A stretch of DNA of 57,920 nt from NCBI GenBank assembly GCA_009837285.1, contig VXTU01000114.1, forward strand, positions 1-57,920. The letters are read 5' to 3'. Position numbers and translations under genes: made by a program. Source of the stretch: Chloroflexota bacterium (GTDB lineage: Bacteria > Chloroflexota > Dehalococcoidia > UBA2979). The stretch's first letter is position 1. The number at the start of each line of letters is the position of its first letter. Shown piece by piece: positions 44,379 through 53,375 of this stretch. The notes under the pieces were generated by a model. The model did not search any database. It had not been told where the DNA came from and saw only the letters and a program-made list of their open reading frames with translations.

Positions 44379-45779
44379 TTGGCCAGCGATCACCCGACCA
44401 CACTCGGAGAGCTCCGCCAGTCCGGTTACCGCGTCCGGCCCGTGCGCGAGGAGATGCGCGCGAACCTCATCGACGCGCTCCGTAACAACGTCGACCTCTT
44501 CCCACAGATCCAGGGCTACGGAGATTCCGTCATCCCGCACCTTGAGAACGCCATCCTCTCAGGCCACGACGTCATCCTGCTGGGCGAGCGTGGCCAGGCG
44601 AAGTCGCGGCTGATCCGCAGCCTCGTCGCGCTGCTCGACGAGTGGGTCCCGGTCATCGCCGGCGCCGAAATCCCGGAGAACCCGTTCGCCCCTATCAGCG
44701 AGCAGGCCCGCCAGACCGTCGCCGAGCAGGGCGACGACACGCCGATCGAGTGGATCCACCGCGACGACCGCTACGGCGAGAAGCTCGCCACGCCCGACAT
44801 CACGATCGCTGACCTCATCGGCGAGGTGGACCCCATCAAAGTGGCCGAGGGCCGCTACCTGAGCGACCAGCTGACGATCCACTACGGACTCATCCCGCGC
44901 ACGAACCGCGGCATCTTCGCCATCAACGAGCTTCCCGACCTCGCCGAGCGCATCCAGGTCGGCCTGCTCAACGTGATGGAGGAGCGCGACGTCCAGATCC
45001 GGGGGCACAAGATCCGGCTGGACCTCGACGTCTTCATCCTCGCCACCGCCAACCCGGAGGACTACACCAACCGCGGGCGCATCATCACGCCGCTCAAGGA
45101 CCGCTACGGCTCCCAGATCCGCACCCACTACCCGCGCACCATCGACGACGAGCTGGAAATCGTTCAGCAGGAGCGTGCGCACCTCGACATGGCGGGCAAG
45201 AACGCCGTCGTCCCGCGCTACATGGAGGAGATCATCGCCGAGATCACGCGCCTCGCGCGCCGGTCGCCGGACGTGAACCAGCGCTCCGGTGTCTCCGTGC
45301 GCGCCTCGATCTCCAACTACGAGGCGATGCTCGCCAACGCGCTGCGCCGCGCCATCCGCCTGGACGAGCCCGACGCCGTCCCGCGCATCTCCGACCTCGG
45401 CTTCCTGCGCGCCTCGCTCGAAGGCAAGGTCGAGCTCGAGACGGTGGACGAGGGACGCGAGGACCAGATCATCGACCGCCTCATCCAGGGCGCGGTCGTC
45501 GCCGTCTTCAACCGCCACTGCTCCATCACCGACATGGAGCCGCTGATCGAGGAGTTCAAGACCGGCACCACCGCCGAGGTCGGCGAGGACGCCGGCGCCG
45601 AGGCCTACCAGGAGCTCGTGGGACGTATCGCGCCGCTCGCGGACGCAGTCGCCGAGATCCGCAGCGACGGTTCAGCGGCCGAGCAGGCCGCGGCGGTCGA
45701 GTTCGTGCTGGAGGGCTTGCACCTCAACAAACGGCTCAACAAGGACGCCGTCGGCGGAGGGGCGCACTACCGGGGGTAG
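44379..45779 (+). CDS. ChlI/BchI-like (Mg-chelatase/MoxR-related) AAA+ ATPase
   Basis: P-loop LLGERGQAKS (Ala in place of the usual Gly), Walker B IFAINELPDL, sensor region ILATANPEDY. TTG 44379 lies 5 nt after AAGGAGG. Confidence 0.8.
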   Translation: MASDHPTTLGELRQSGYRVRPVREEMRANLIDALRNNVDLFPQIQGYGDSVIPHLENAILSGHDVILLGERGQAKSRLIRSLVALLDEWVPVIAGAEIPENPFAPISEQARQTVAEQGDDTPIEWIHRDDRYGEKLATPDITIADLIGEVDPIKVAEGRYLSDQLTIHYGLIPRTNRGIFAINELPDLAERIQVGLLNVMEERDVQIRGHKIRLDLDVFILATANPEDYTNRGRIITPLKDRYGSQIRTHYPRTIDDELEIVQQERAHLDMAGKNAVVPRYMEEIIAEITRLARRSPDVNQRSGVSVRASISNYEAMLANALRRAIRLDEPDAVPRISDLGFLRASLEGKVELETVDEGREDQIIDRLIQGAVVAVFNRHCSITDMEPLIEEFKTGTTAEVGEDAGAEAYQELVGRIAPLADAVAEIRSDGSAAEQAAAVEFVLEGLHLNKRLNKDAVGGGAHYRG

Positions 45780-45782
45780 CAC

Positions 45783-48026
45783 ATGCCAATCACCGTCCGC
45801 TACTCCGCCTGGGACGGCACCCAGGAGATCGGCGACCTCGAGGCCGGCGACATCCTGGAAGCCCTCTCCGACGACCTGATGAACTTCGGCGACCTCCAGC
45901 ACGCGCTGCGCAACCTCATGCAGCGCGGCATGCGCGGCCCGCAGGGCATGCGCACGCCCGGCCTGCGCGACCTCCTCCACCAGCTCCGCCAGCAGCGCCG
46001 CGAGCGCCTGGACCAGTTCGACCTCGGCGGGGTGATGGAGGACATCGCCCGCCAGCTCGAGGAGATCCTCGACCTGGAGCGCTCCACGCTCGACGACCGC
46101 ATCGAGGAGGCGGGCGGCCCACGCGAGCCGCAGCCGCAGGCCGACGGCCAGCAGCCCGGCGGCGACTCGCCGGAGGGTGCCGACGATGACGAGGCCTCCG
46201 GCCTCGCGGGTGGCGGCGAGCAGGACGGCGAGGGCAATCAGGACGGCGAGATGGCCGCGCAGCAGTCCCCGGGTGGCCCCTCCGCTGGGCAACAGGCCGG
46301 TGGGCAACAGGGCGGCGGGCAGCCGGGTGGATCTCAGCCGGGCCAGTCCGACGGCGGTGAGGACGACTTCTCGGACATGCTCCGCAGCATCGTCGAGCGG
46401 AAGCAGGACTTCCTCGAGCAGTTGCCGCCGGAGCCGGCCGGGCAGGTGAAGGAGCTGCAGAACTACGAGTTCCTGAACCCCGAGGCACAGCAGAAGTTCC
46501 AGGAGCTGATGGAACAGCTCAAGCAGGCGATGACCGAGTCGTTCTTCAACGACGTCCAGCAGATGGTCGAGGAGATGTCCGAGGGCGACATCGAGCGCAT
46601 GAAGGAGATGCTGCGCGACCTCAACGACATGCTCATCCAACGCATGCGCGGCGAGCAGCCGGACTTCGACTCCTTCATGGAGAAGTACGGCGACATGTTC
46701 GGGGACAACCCCCCGCAGTCGCTCGACGAGCTCATCGAGCAGATGCAGGCGCAAACGCAGGCGATGCAGTCACTCATGGAGTCGCTGCCCTCGAACCAGC
46801 GCCAGCAGCTGCAGTCCCTGCTCTCCGACAAGCTCGGCGACCCGGAGCTGGAGGGCGAGCTCTCACAGCTCGCCGCGAACCTCGAGTACCTCAACCCCGG
46901 CGCGGAGCGCGCTCCCGCCTACCCCTTCCGCGGGGACGAGGAGATCGACCTCCAGGCCGCGATGCAGCTCATGTCCGAGATGCAGGACATTGACGGGCTC
47001 GAGCGCCAGCTCGAACGCGCGCAGTACGACGGCGAACTCGACGGCATCGACCTCGACCAGCTGCGAGAGCTGCTGGGCGACGAGGCCTCAGACGCCATCG
47101 ACCGCCTCGGGGAGTTGCTCGACATCCTGGAGCAGGCGGGCTACATCCGGCGCGAGGGCGACACATGGGAGCTCACGCCGCGCGGCACACGGATGATCGG
47201 CCAGCGCGCGCTCGCCGAGATCTACGCGCAGCTCAAGCGCCAGGGCATCGGCAACCACCCGGTCCCCGAGTCCGGCCGCCACGGCGAGCGCATCGATGAC
47301 TCGAAGGAGTACGAGTTCGGCGACCCGTTCCACCTCGACATGCACCGCACGATGATGAACGCCATCGAGCGCGAGGGGCCGCAGACGCCCGTGCGGCTCA
47401 TGCCCGACGACTTCGAGGTGTTCCGCTCGGAGCTGCTCACCCAGACCGCCACGGCCGTGATGGTCGACCTGTCGTGGTCGATGGCGTTGCGTGGCTCGTT
47501 CCAGTCCGCGAAGAAGGTGGCGCTGGCGCTGCACAACCTGATCAAGGCGCAGTACCCGCGCGACCAGCTCTACATCCTCGGGTTCTCCGCGTACGCGCGG
47601 GAGCTGGAGATCTCGGAGCTGCCGTACGTCCGCTGGGACGAGTCCGTACTGGGCACGAACATGCACCACGCGCTGATGCTCGCGCGACGGCTGCTCGCCA
47701 AGCACACGGGCGGCACGCGGCAGATCATCATGATCTCGGACGGCGAGCCGACGGCGCACCTCGAACGCGGGCGCTCGCAGTTCTCGTATCCGCCGAGCCC
47801 GACGACGATCCGCGAGACCCTCAAGGAGGTGCGACGCTGCACCCGTGAGGGGATCACGATCAACACCTTCATGCTGGACCGCAACTACTACCTCAAGGAG
47901 TTCGTGAACAACCTGGCGAAGATCAACGGCGGCCGCGTCTTCTTCACCACGCCCGACAAGCTCGGCGAGTACATCCTCGTCGACTACGTCCAGCACAAGC
48001 GGCAGCACATCGGCCGCAGCGCCTGA
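45783..48026 (+). CDS. VWA-domain protein with a long acidic/Gln-rich low-complexity and coiled-coil region
   Basis: C-terminal VWA with MIDAS DLSWSM (DxSxS) and ...IMISDGEPTA. Central GGQQGGGQPGGSQPGQSDGGEDD tract. Confidence 0.8.
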   Translation: MPITVRYSAWDGTQEIGDLEAGDILEALSDDLMNFGDLQHALRNLMQRGMRGPQGMRTPGLRDLLHQLRQQRRERLDQFDLGGVMEDIARQLEEILDLERSTLDDRIEEAGGPREPQPQADGQQPGGDSPEGADDDEASGLAGGGEQDGEGNQDGEMAAQQSPGGPSAGQQAGGQQGGGQPGGSQPGQSDGGEDDFSDMLRSIVERKQDFLEQLPPEPAGQVKELQNYEFLNPEAQQKFQELMEQLKQAMTESFFNDVQQMVEEMSEGDIERMKEMLRDLNDMLIQRMRGEQPDFDSFMEKYGDMFGDNPPQSLDELIEQMQAQTQAMQSLMESLPSNQRQQLQSLLSDKLGDPELEGELSQLAANLEYLNPGAERAPAYPFRGDEEIDLQAAMQLMSEMQDIDGLERQLERAQYDGELDGIDLDQLRELLGDEASDAIDRLGELLDILEQAGYIRREGDTWELTPRGTRMIGQRALAEIYAQLKRQGIGNHPVPESGRHGERIDDSKEYEFGDPFHLDMHRTMMNAIEREGPQTPVRLMPDDFEVFRSELLTQTATAVMVDLSWSMALRGSFQSAKKVALALHNLIKAQYPRDQLYILGFSAYARELEISELPYVRWDESVLGTNMHHALMLARRLLAKHTGGTRQIIMISDGEPTAHLERGRSQFSYPPSPTTIRETLKEVRRCTREGITINTFMLDRNYYLKEFVNNLAKINGGRVFFTTPDKLGEYILVDYVQHKRQHIGRSA

Positions 48027-48090
48027 CGCCGGGCGGTCGCCCGCGTCCCGCCTCGGCCGAGGCCTCGAGGTTGGCGAACGGGGACCGCCC

Positions 48091-48819
48091 ATGCCCTCCC
48101 GGATCCCGCCGCGGCTGCTCGTTCCCGCCATCGCGCTCGTCGTCATCGTGGTCGGGGCCTCGGCCTGGTACGCATGGGTGGAGGAGTTCGGGGCGTTCGA
48201 CGGGTTCTACATGGCCGTGATCACTCTCACGACCGTGGGGTACGAGGAGGTCCATCCCCTGGACCGCGGCGGGCGGCTGTTCACGATCCTCTACACGGGC
48301 ACGGGGATCGGTCTGCTCTTCTACACCGTCGGCGCTATTGTTGAAGAGGTGGTCGCGGGCAGCATCGCCGAGGCGCTCGGGGTGCGCGGCCGCAGCCGGA
48401 GAGCAGGCAGGATGCGCAACCACGTCGTCGTGTGCGGGCTGGGCCGAGTCGGGCGCGAAGTGGTGCGTCAGCTGCAGGAGCAGGACGAACAGGTACTCGT
48501 CATCGACTCTACGGAAGAGCGACTGGAAGTTGCCCGAGAGATGGGCGTGGCCTACCTGATGGGCGATGCGACGGACCAGAGGCAGCTCGAACGCGCGAAC
48601 CTCGAACACGCGCGCGCCCTGGTCGCGGCCGTCCACACCGACGCCGACAACACATTCATCGTCCTCACGGCCCGCGCCCTCAATCCCGACCTCACAATTA
48701 CTACTCGTGCGACCTCGGACGCGGCAGCCGTCCGACTGGAAGCAGCGGGCGCGGACCATGTGATCTCGCCGTATCGCATCGCGGGCGAGCGTATGGCCGA
48801 GGCCGTGCTCGGGCGGTAA
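48091..48819 (+). CDS. Two-TM potassium-channel-like protein with a C-terminal RCK/TrkA-N domain
   Basis: Pore helix plus filter TLTTVGYEE; Rossmann motif VVVCGLGRVGREV. Confidence 0.8.
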   Translation: MPSRIPPRLLVPAIALVVIVVGASAWYAWVEEFGAFDGFYMAVITLTTVGYEEVHPLDRGGRLFTILYTGTGIGLLFYTVGAIVEEVVAGSIAEALGVRGRSRRAGRMRNHVVVCGLGRVGREVVRQLQEQDEQVLVIDSTEERLEVAREMGVAYLMGDATDQRQLERANLEHARALVAAVHTDADNTFIVLTARALNPDLTITTRATSDAAAVRLEAAGADHVISPYRIAGERMAEAVLGR

Positions 48820-48821
48820 CG

Positions 48822-48854
48822 AAACGCCCGAGGCGCTCAGCACCCCGGGCGCGA
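48822..48854. terminator. Hairpin between convergent genes; member of a second short repeat family (second copy at 51346-51378)
   Basis: aaacgcccgaggcg-ctcagca-ccccgggcgcga. Confidence 0.45.
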
Positions 48855-48875
48855 CTCGATAGCTCCGCGCGGACC

Positions 48876-49286
48876 CTAGTCCGGGGTCAGTCCCAGGACC
48901 AGGTCGCGCAGCGTCACCAGCCCGCATGGCGCCCCGGCGTCATCGACCACCAGCGCGCGCGAGACGCCGAATTGCACCAGTAACCGCACCGCGTAGCGCA
49001 CCAGCATCGACGAGCGGATCGTCAGCGCCGGCTTCGACATGACCTCGTAGACGTTGACGCGCGCCGGCGCGCGGTCGTGGGCGACCACCTCGCGCGCCAG
49101 ATCGCTGACCGTGATGAGCCCCAGCTCGTCGTCGTCGTGGCGCCGGTCGACCACCAGCGAGCTGATCTGCAGGCGCCGCATCGTCGCCATGGCCTCGGCA
49201 ACTGTCGCCATCCCGTCGATGGTGTGGACCTGCCCGCTCATGATCTCGGACACGCGTATCGCCCGGTCGTCGGCCTGTTGGTTCAC
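48876..49286 (-). CDS. CBS-domain pair protein
   Basis: 136 aa, two CBS repeats. The GTG start overlaps the upstream stop (GTGA). Confidence 0.8.
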   Translation of the reverse strand: MNQQADDRAIRVSEIMSGQVHTIDGMATVAEAMATMRRLQISSLVVDRRHDDDELGLITVSDLAREVVAHDRAPARVNVYEVMSKPALTIRSSMLVRYAVRLLVQFGVSRALVVDDAGAPCGLVTLRDLVLGLTPD

Positions 49287-49633
49287 AGCGCGCCTTCCAC
49301 TTCCTCCATCAGCGTGGGCAACTGCGTCGAGAGCCCGACGGCGTCCTCGATGGTGAGCTGGAAGGCGACGCCGGTGCCATGCTCGCGCTCCATGCCACCG
49401 GCCTCGGCGAGGCGCTCGAGGATGTCGCGGGCCCGCGGTTCCGCTACCAGGAAGAGCACCACGTCCCCGCTCGCCGCGAGGTCCAGCCCCAGGAACGTCT
49501 TATGCGGTTTCAGTCCCTCGCCCCGCACGCCGCTGATGATAGTGGCGCCCGTGGCGCCGCCCGCGCGCGCCGCATCGATGATGTCGTTCGTCTCCTCGTT
49601 GCTCACGAGCGCGACGATCAGCGCCATCTTCAT
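49283..49633 (-). CDS. P-II-family signal-transduction protein
   Basis: MKMALIVALVSNEETNDIIDAARAGGATGATII...; 116 aa. The ATG overlaps the upstream stop (ATGA). Confidence 0.7.
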   Translation of the reverse strand: MKMALIVALVSNEETNDIIDAARAGGATGATIISGVRGEGLKPHKTFLGLDLAASGDVVLFLVAEPRARDILERLAEAGGMEREHGTGVAFQLTIEDAVGLSTQLPTLMEEVEGAL

Positions 49634-50412
49634 GAGTGCACCTCCTGGCGTTCCTTGCGGGTGCGCCAGCGCTCCACCCCGTCGGCGACGATGGCATAGC
49701 CTAGCACCGACATAATGGGGAAAACACTGGCGAATGCGATGAGCCCAAAGCCGTCGATGAGGGGGCTGCGCCCCGGGACGTTGGCGGCGAGACCGAGCCC
49801 CAGGGCTGCCACCACGGGTACCGTGACGGTCGAGGTCGTGACGCCTCCACTGTCGTAGGCAAGCGGGATGATGGTGCGTCTGCTCAGGAAGGTCTGCGCG
49901 ATGACGACGACGTAGGCCGCCACGATGTACCACGGCAGCGGCGTGCCGGTGACGATGCGGAAGCACCCCAGCGACACACCGAGGGCGACGCCCACCGCTA
50001 CCGCGATCCGCAGCCCCCATGCGTTCACCGCGCCGCCCGATACCTCCTGGGCCTTGAGCCCCACGGCGATGAGCGCCGGCTCCGCCACTGTTGTCGAAAA
50101 GCCGACCGCTGCCGCGAAGAGGTAGACCACCCAGTAGTCCTCCCACCGCACCGCGCCAGCCAGCGACCTCACCTCCTCGGTCAGTTGCCACGCCATCGTC
50201 TCGCCGATGGGGAACAGCGCCTGCTCGAGCCCGATGAGGAACAGCGCCAGGCCCAGCAACACCATGACCGAGCCCGTGACGATACCCCGGAGGTTGGGCA
50301 GCCCCTGCCGCAGCGCGCCGAGCTGGAACACCACCAGGATGACGACGACGGGCGACACGTCCCGCAGCGTGTACAGCAGCGTCTCCCCGAAGCGCGCGAG
50401 GAACTCGAGCAT
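49630..50412 (-). CDS. DUF1538-family integral membrane protein
   Basis: Polytopic membrane protein, paralogous to the upstream gene. ATG 50412 overlaps the upstream TGA; an alternative GTG lies at 50415. Confidence 0.7.
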   Translation of the reverse strand: MLEFLARFGETLLYTLRDVSPVVVILVVFQLGALRQGLPNLRGIVTGSVMVLLGLALFLIGLEQALFPIGETMAWQLTEEVRSLAGAVRWEDYWVVYLFAAAVGFSTTVAEPALIAVGLKAQEVSGGAVNAWGLRIAVAVGVALGVSLGCFRIVTGTPLPWYIVAAYVVVIAQTFLSRRTIIPLAYDSGGVTTSTVTVPVVAALGLGLAANVPGRSPLIDGFGLIAFASVFPIMSVLGYAIVADGVERWRTRKERQEVHS

Positions 50413-51146
50413 CACACTGCCATCCCGTAGCCCAGCACGCAGATCATGGGGGTGAGGCTGGCGAAGGCGATCAACCCGAAGCCGTCGAGCATCGGGTTAC
50501 GCCCGCGGATGCTGGAGGCGAGGCCCACGCCCAGCGCGGTGATCAGCGGGACCGTGATCGTGCTGGTCGTCACCCCGCCGGAGTCGTAGGCCACGCCCAC
50601 GATCTCCTCGGGCGCGAACACCGTCATCACCATCACCAGCACGTAGCCGGCGATGATGAAGTAATGGATGGGCCACCCCTTCAGGATCCGCAGGACCCCC
50701 AGCACGATGGCCAGGCCGACGGCGACGGCCACCACCACGCGCAACTCGAGGGCGTACTGGTCCCTCGCGGCCTGGCTGCCGCCGATGAATCCCGCCTGCC
50801 CCGCCACGTCGGCCGCCTCGGCCGCCACGGCGATCAGCGCGGGCTCGGCGACGGTGGTCCCGAACCCGAGGCAGAAGGCCAGCGCCAGCAGCGCCGTCGC
50901 GCTGCCCTTGCGCGCCATGCCCTGCGCCAGCGCCTCGCCCAGCGGAAAGAGCCCGCTCTCCAGCCCCTGGACGAACAGGGCCAGCCCGAGGACGACGCAG
51001 ACGAGCCCGACGACCACCTCGGCGATGTCGGGAAACGCCTGTCGCAGCACGACGATCTGGAAGAAGGCAACGACGGCGAAGATCGGTAACAGGTCCCGCA
51101 GGGCACCCAGGATCTGCCTCGCCATGGCCAGCGCGAACTGCAGCAA
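50412..51146 (-). CDS. DUF1538-family integral membrane protein
   Basis: Polytopic membrane protein. TTG 51146 lies 6 nt after GAGGAG. Confidence 0.7.
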   Translation of the reverse strand: MLQFALAMARQILGALRDLLPIFAVVAFFQIVVLRQAFPDIAEVVVGLVCVVLGLALFVQGLESGLFPLGEALAQGMARKGSATALLALAFCLGFGTTVAEPALIAVAAEAADVAGQAGFIGGSQAARDQYALELRVVVAVAVGLAIVLGVLRILKGWPIHYFIIAGYVLVMVMTVFAPEEIVGVAYDSGGVTTSTITVPLITALGVGLASSIRGRNPMLDGFGLIAFASLTPMICVLGYGMAV

Positions 51147-51200
51147 ACCGTGCTCCTCGCGCGTGGCTGCATACGTTCGATGGGCCTGCTAACGCGTTTT

Positions 51201-51229
51201 AGCCTATTGAGCGCTACTGCGCCGGTCAA
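51201..51229 (-). promoter_or_regulatory. Sigma-70-like promoter candidate for the DUF1538/P-II/CBS operon
   Basis: On the minus strand: TTGACC-17 nt-TAGGCT, about 55 nt upstream of the TTG start. Confidence 0.4.
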
Positions 51230-51345
51230 TGACGATCCCACCACACCCGCCACGGGCTCAGGGCGCCGACCATGGCGTCACGGGCAGCGCCGGTCGGGTC
51301 ACCGGCTCGAGCGGGCGAGCGGGAGGCAGCCCCCGGAAGACACCA

Positions 51346-51378
51346 AAACGCCCGAGGCGGCTACCGCCCCGGGCGCGA
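51346..51378 (-). terminator. Hairpin downstream of the VOC gene; second copy of the 48822-48854 repeat
   Basis: aaacgcccgaggcg-gctaccg-ccccgggcgcga. The 14-nt and 12-nt arms are identical to the copy at 48.8 kb. Confidence 0.45.
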
Positions 51379-51400
51379 TCAGGTTGGCGAGCGTGGGTGC

Positions 51401-52294
51401 TCAGACCCAGATGCCGGGGCGCTCCTGCCAGAAGAACTGCACCAGCATCCCGCCGGTCTGACGCGGGTGGATGAAGCCCTCGATCCAGCGTGCGCCGTCG
51501 GTCACGCCTTCGCGCTCGCCGAACGGGCGGATGCCGCGAGCGGCGCAGGCGGCCACGGCGGCCTCCCAGTCGGCCACCTCGAACGTGATGTGGTGAATCG
51601 TCGGGCCGCGGCGCTCGAGGAAGCTCGCGATGAACGAGGGGTCGCCGAGGGGCTGGATGACCTCCCAGCGCATCTGGCGCGTGGGCGTCTCCATCACCTC
51701 GGTCACGAACTCGCGGCCGGGGTCGTCGGAGCGGTAGAAGCTCTGCATCCCGAAGACGCGCCCGTACCAGCCGGCCAGCTCGTCGCGGTTCCCGTGGGCG
51801 TGGGAGATGTGGTTGATGGCGATGACGCCCAGCGCCCCCTCGCGCGCCGGCGGCGCGCCCATGCGCGGCATCGCGCCGTTGACGCTGCGGAAGCGGAACT
51901 GGAAGCCGTGGCCGCCGCGCCACGGGTGGATCAGGATCTCCTCGACCGGCTGCTCGGCCGTGCCTTGCTGCTCGCTCCACGGCTCGATGCCGAGCGAGCG
52001 TAGCTCGTCGACGGCGGCGGACAGGTCGCGCACGTGCAGCAGTACGTAGTGGAGGCCGGGTCCCAGCGGGCCGTCGATGAAGCTCTGAAGGTATGAGTCG
52101 GGGCCGGTCGGCGCGGCGACCTCCCAGTCGATGTCCGACATGCCGGGCACCGACATCATGGCGCGCTCGACGCCGAGCGCGTCGTCACGAGTGCGCTGCG
52201 TGGTGGTGAAGCCGAACAGCCCTTCGAGCAGCTCGACCTGCGGCTCAAGCTGCGCTGCGACCATGCCGATACGATCGATTCGCTCGATGTCCAC
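51401..52294 (-). CDS. Two-domain VOC (glyoxalase/extradiol-dioxygenase-like) family protein
   Basis: 297 aa, GTG start. Duplicated VOC modules (RIDRIGM..., INHISHAH...). Confidence 0.75.
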   Translation of the reverse strand: MDIERIDRIGMVAAQLEPQVELLEGLFGFTTTQRTRDDALGVERAMMSVPGMSDIDWEVAAPTGPDSYLQSFIDGPLGPGLHYVLLHVRDLSAAVDELRSLGIEPWSEQQGTAEQPVEEILIHPWRGGHGFQFRFRSVNGAMPRMGAPPAREGALGVIAINHISHAHGNRDELAGWYGRVFGMQSFYRSDDPGREFVTEVMETPTRQMRWEVIQPLGDPSFIASFLERRGPTIHHITFEVADWEAAVAACAARGIRPFGEREGVTDGARWIEGFIHPRQTGGMLVQFFWQERPGIWV

Positions 52295-52375
52295 GGTGCG
52301 CTCCCAGTGTGCGTTAACGTTCGGTCGTGATGCCCCATCATAACGACGCCGCGCCGTATGGGCGGCGGCAGTCGG

Positions 52376-53262
52376 CTAGCCTGCCCGCCCCCAGATGCCG
52401 GGTCGCTCCTCCCAGAAGAACTGAACGAGCACGCCCCCGGTCTGGCGAGGGTGGATGAAGCCGTCCATCCAGCGAGCCCCGTCGTCGGTCACCCCCGTGC
52501 TCTCACGGAACGGCTGCACGCCGTGCGCGACGCACGCATCGACGGCGGCGTCCCAGTCGGCCACCTCGAAGGCGATGTGGTGCATCGCGGAACCGCGCCG
52601 CTCGAGGAACCGTGCGACGAACGATGCATCGTCCGCAGGGTGCATCGCCTCCCAGCGCAGCTGGCCTGCCGGGGTCTCCATCACCACCTGCACGAACTCG
52701 CTCGTCGTGAATCGGTCGACGCTCGTCATGCCGAACGCGCGCCTGTACCAGGCCGCGAGCTCGTCGCAGTCGCCATGGGCGTGCGCGAGGTGGTCGATGG
52801 CTGTGATCCCCACGGAGCCCTCGCGCGCGGGCGGGGGGTTGGGGCGATGCTCGAGGCCGCCCGGGCCACGGACACGGAACTGGAAGCCATGACCGTGAAT
52901 GAGCACCTCCTCCACGGGCTGCTCCTGCGTCCCTGCCTGCTCGCTCCGCGGCTCGATGCCCGCGGCGCGCAGGTCCTCGACAGCGGCAGACAGGCTGGGG
53001 ACCCGCATGCGCACGTAGTGGAGCCCCGGACCGAGCGGGCTGTCGATGAACCCCTGGAGGCACGAGGCCGCCCGGGTCGGAGCTGAGACCTCCCACTCGA
53101 TGTCGGGCGTGCCGGGCACGGACATTAGGACGCGCTCGACTCCGGCCACGTCGTCCCGCAAGCGCTGCTTGGTGGTGAAGCCGAAGAGGCCTTCGAGGGG
53201 TCGACCTGCGGCTCGAGCTCCGCTACGGCCATCCCGATGCGATCGATCCGCTCGACATCCAT
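52376..53262 (-). pseudogene. Tandem paralogue of the VOC gene carrying a 1-nt deletion after codon ~20 (frameshift near 53200/53201)
   Basis: ATG 53262 gives MDVERIDRIGMAVAELEPQV, collinear with the paralogue's MDIERIDRIGMVAAQLEPQV. Reading then continues in another frame as PLEGLFGFTTKQR.... The nucleotide alignment shows cagctcgac (paralogue) against gggtcgac (here). Confidence 0.6.
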
Positions 53263-53375
53263 GGTGCGCTCTCGGCACGCGTGCACAGTCGTCAGCGCGG
53301 CCCCGGCACGATGACGCTGCACCGGCAGCCTTGCGCCGGTGGTCGGCTACTGCCTCACCGGGCTAGCATCCAGCG

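Noticed and set aside
52376-53278. An intact 300-aa VOC gene using the GTG at 53278, as in the ORF track.
   Set aside because: Its first ~27 residues have no counterpart in the adjacent paralogue. The paralogue's conserved N-terminus is encoded here in a different frame starting at ATG 53262, which shows a 1-nt frameshift.
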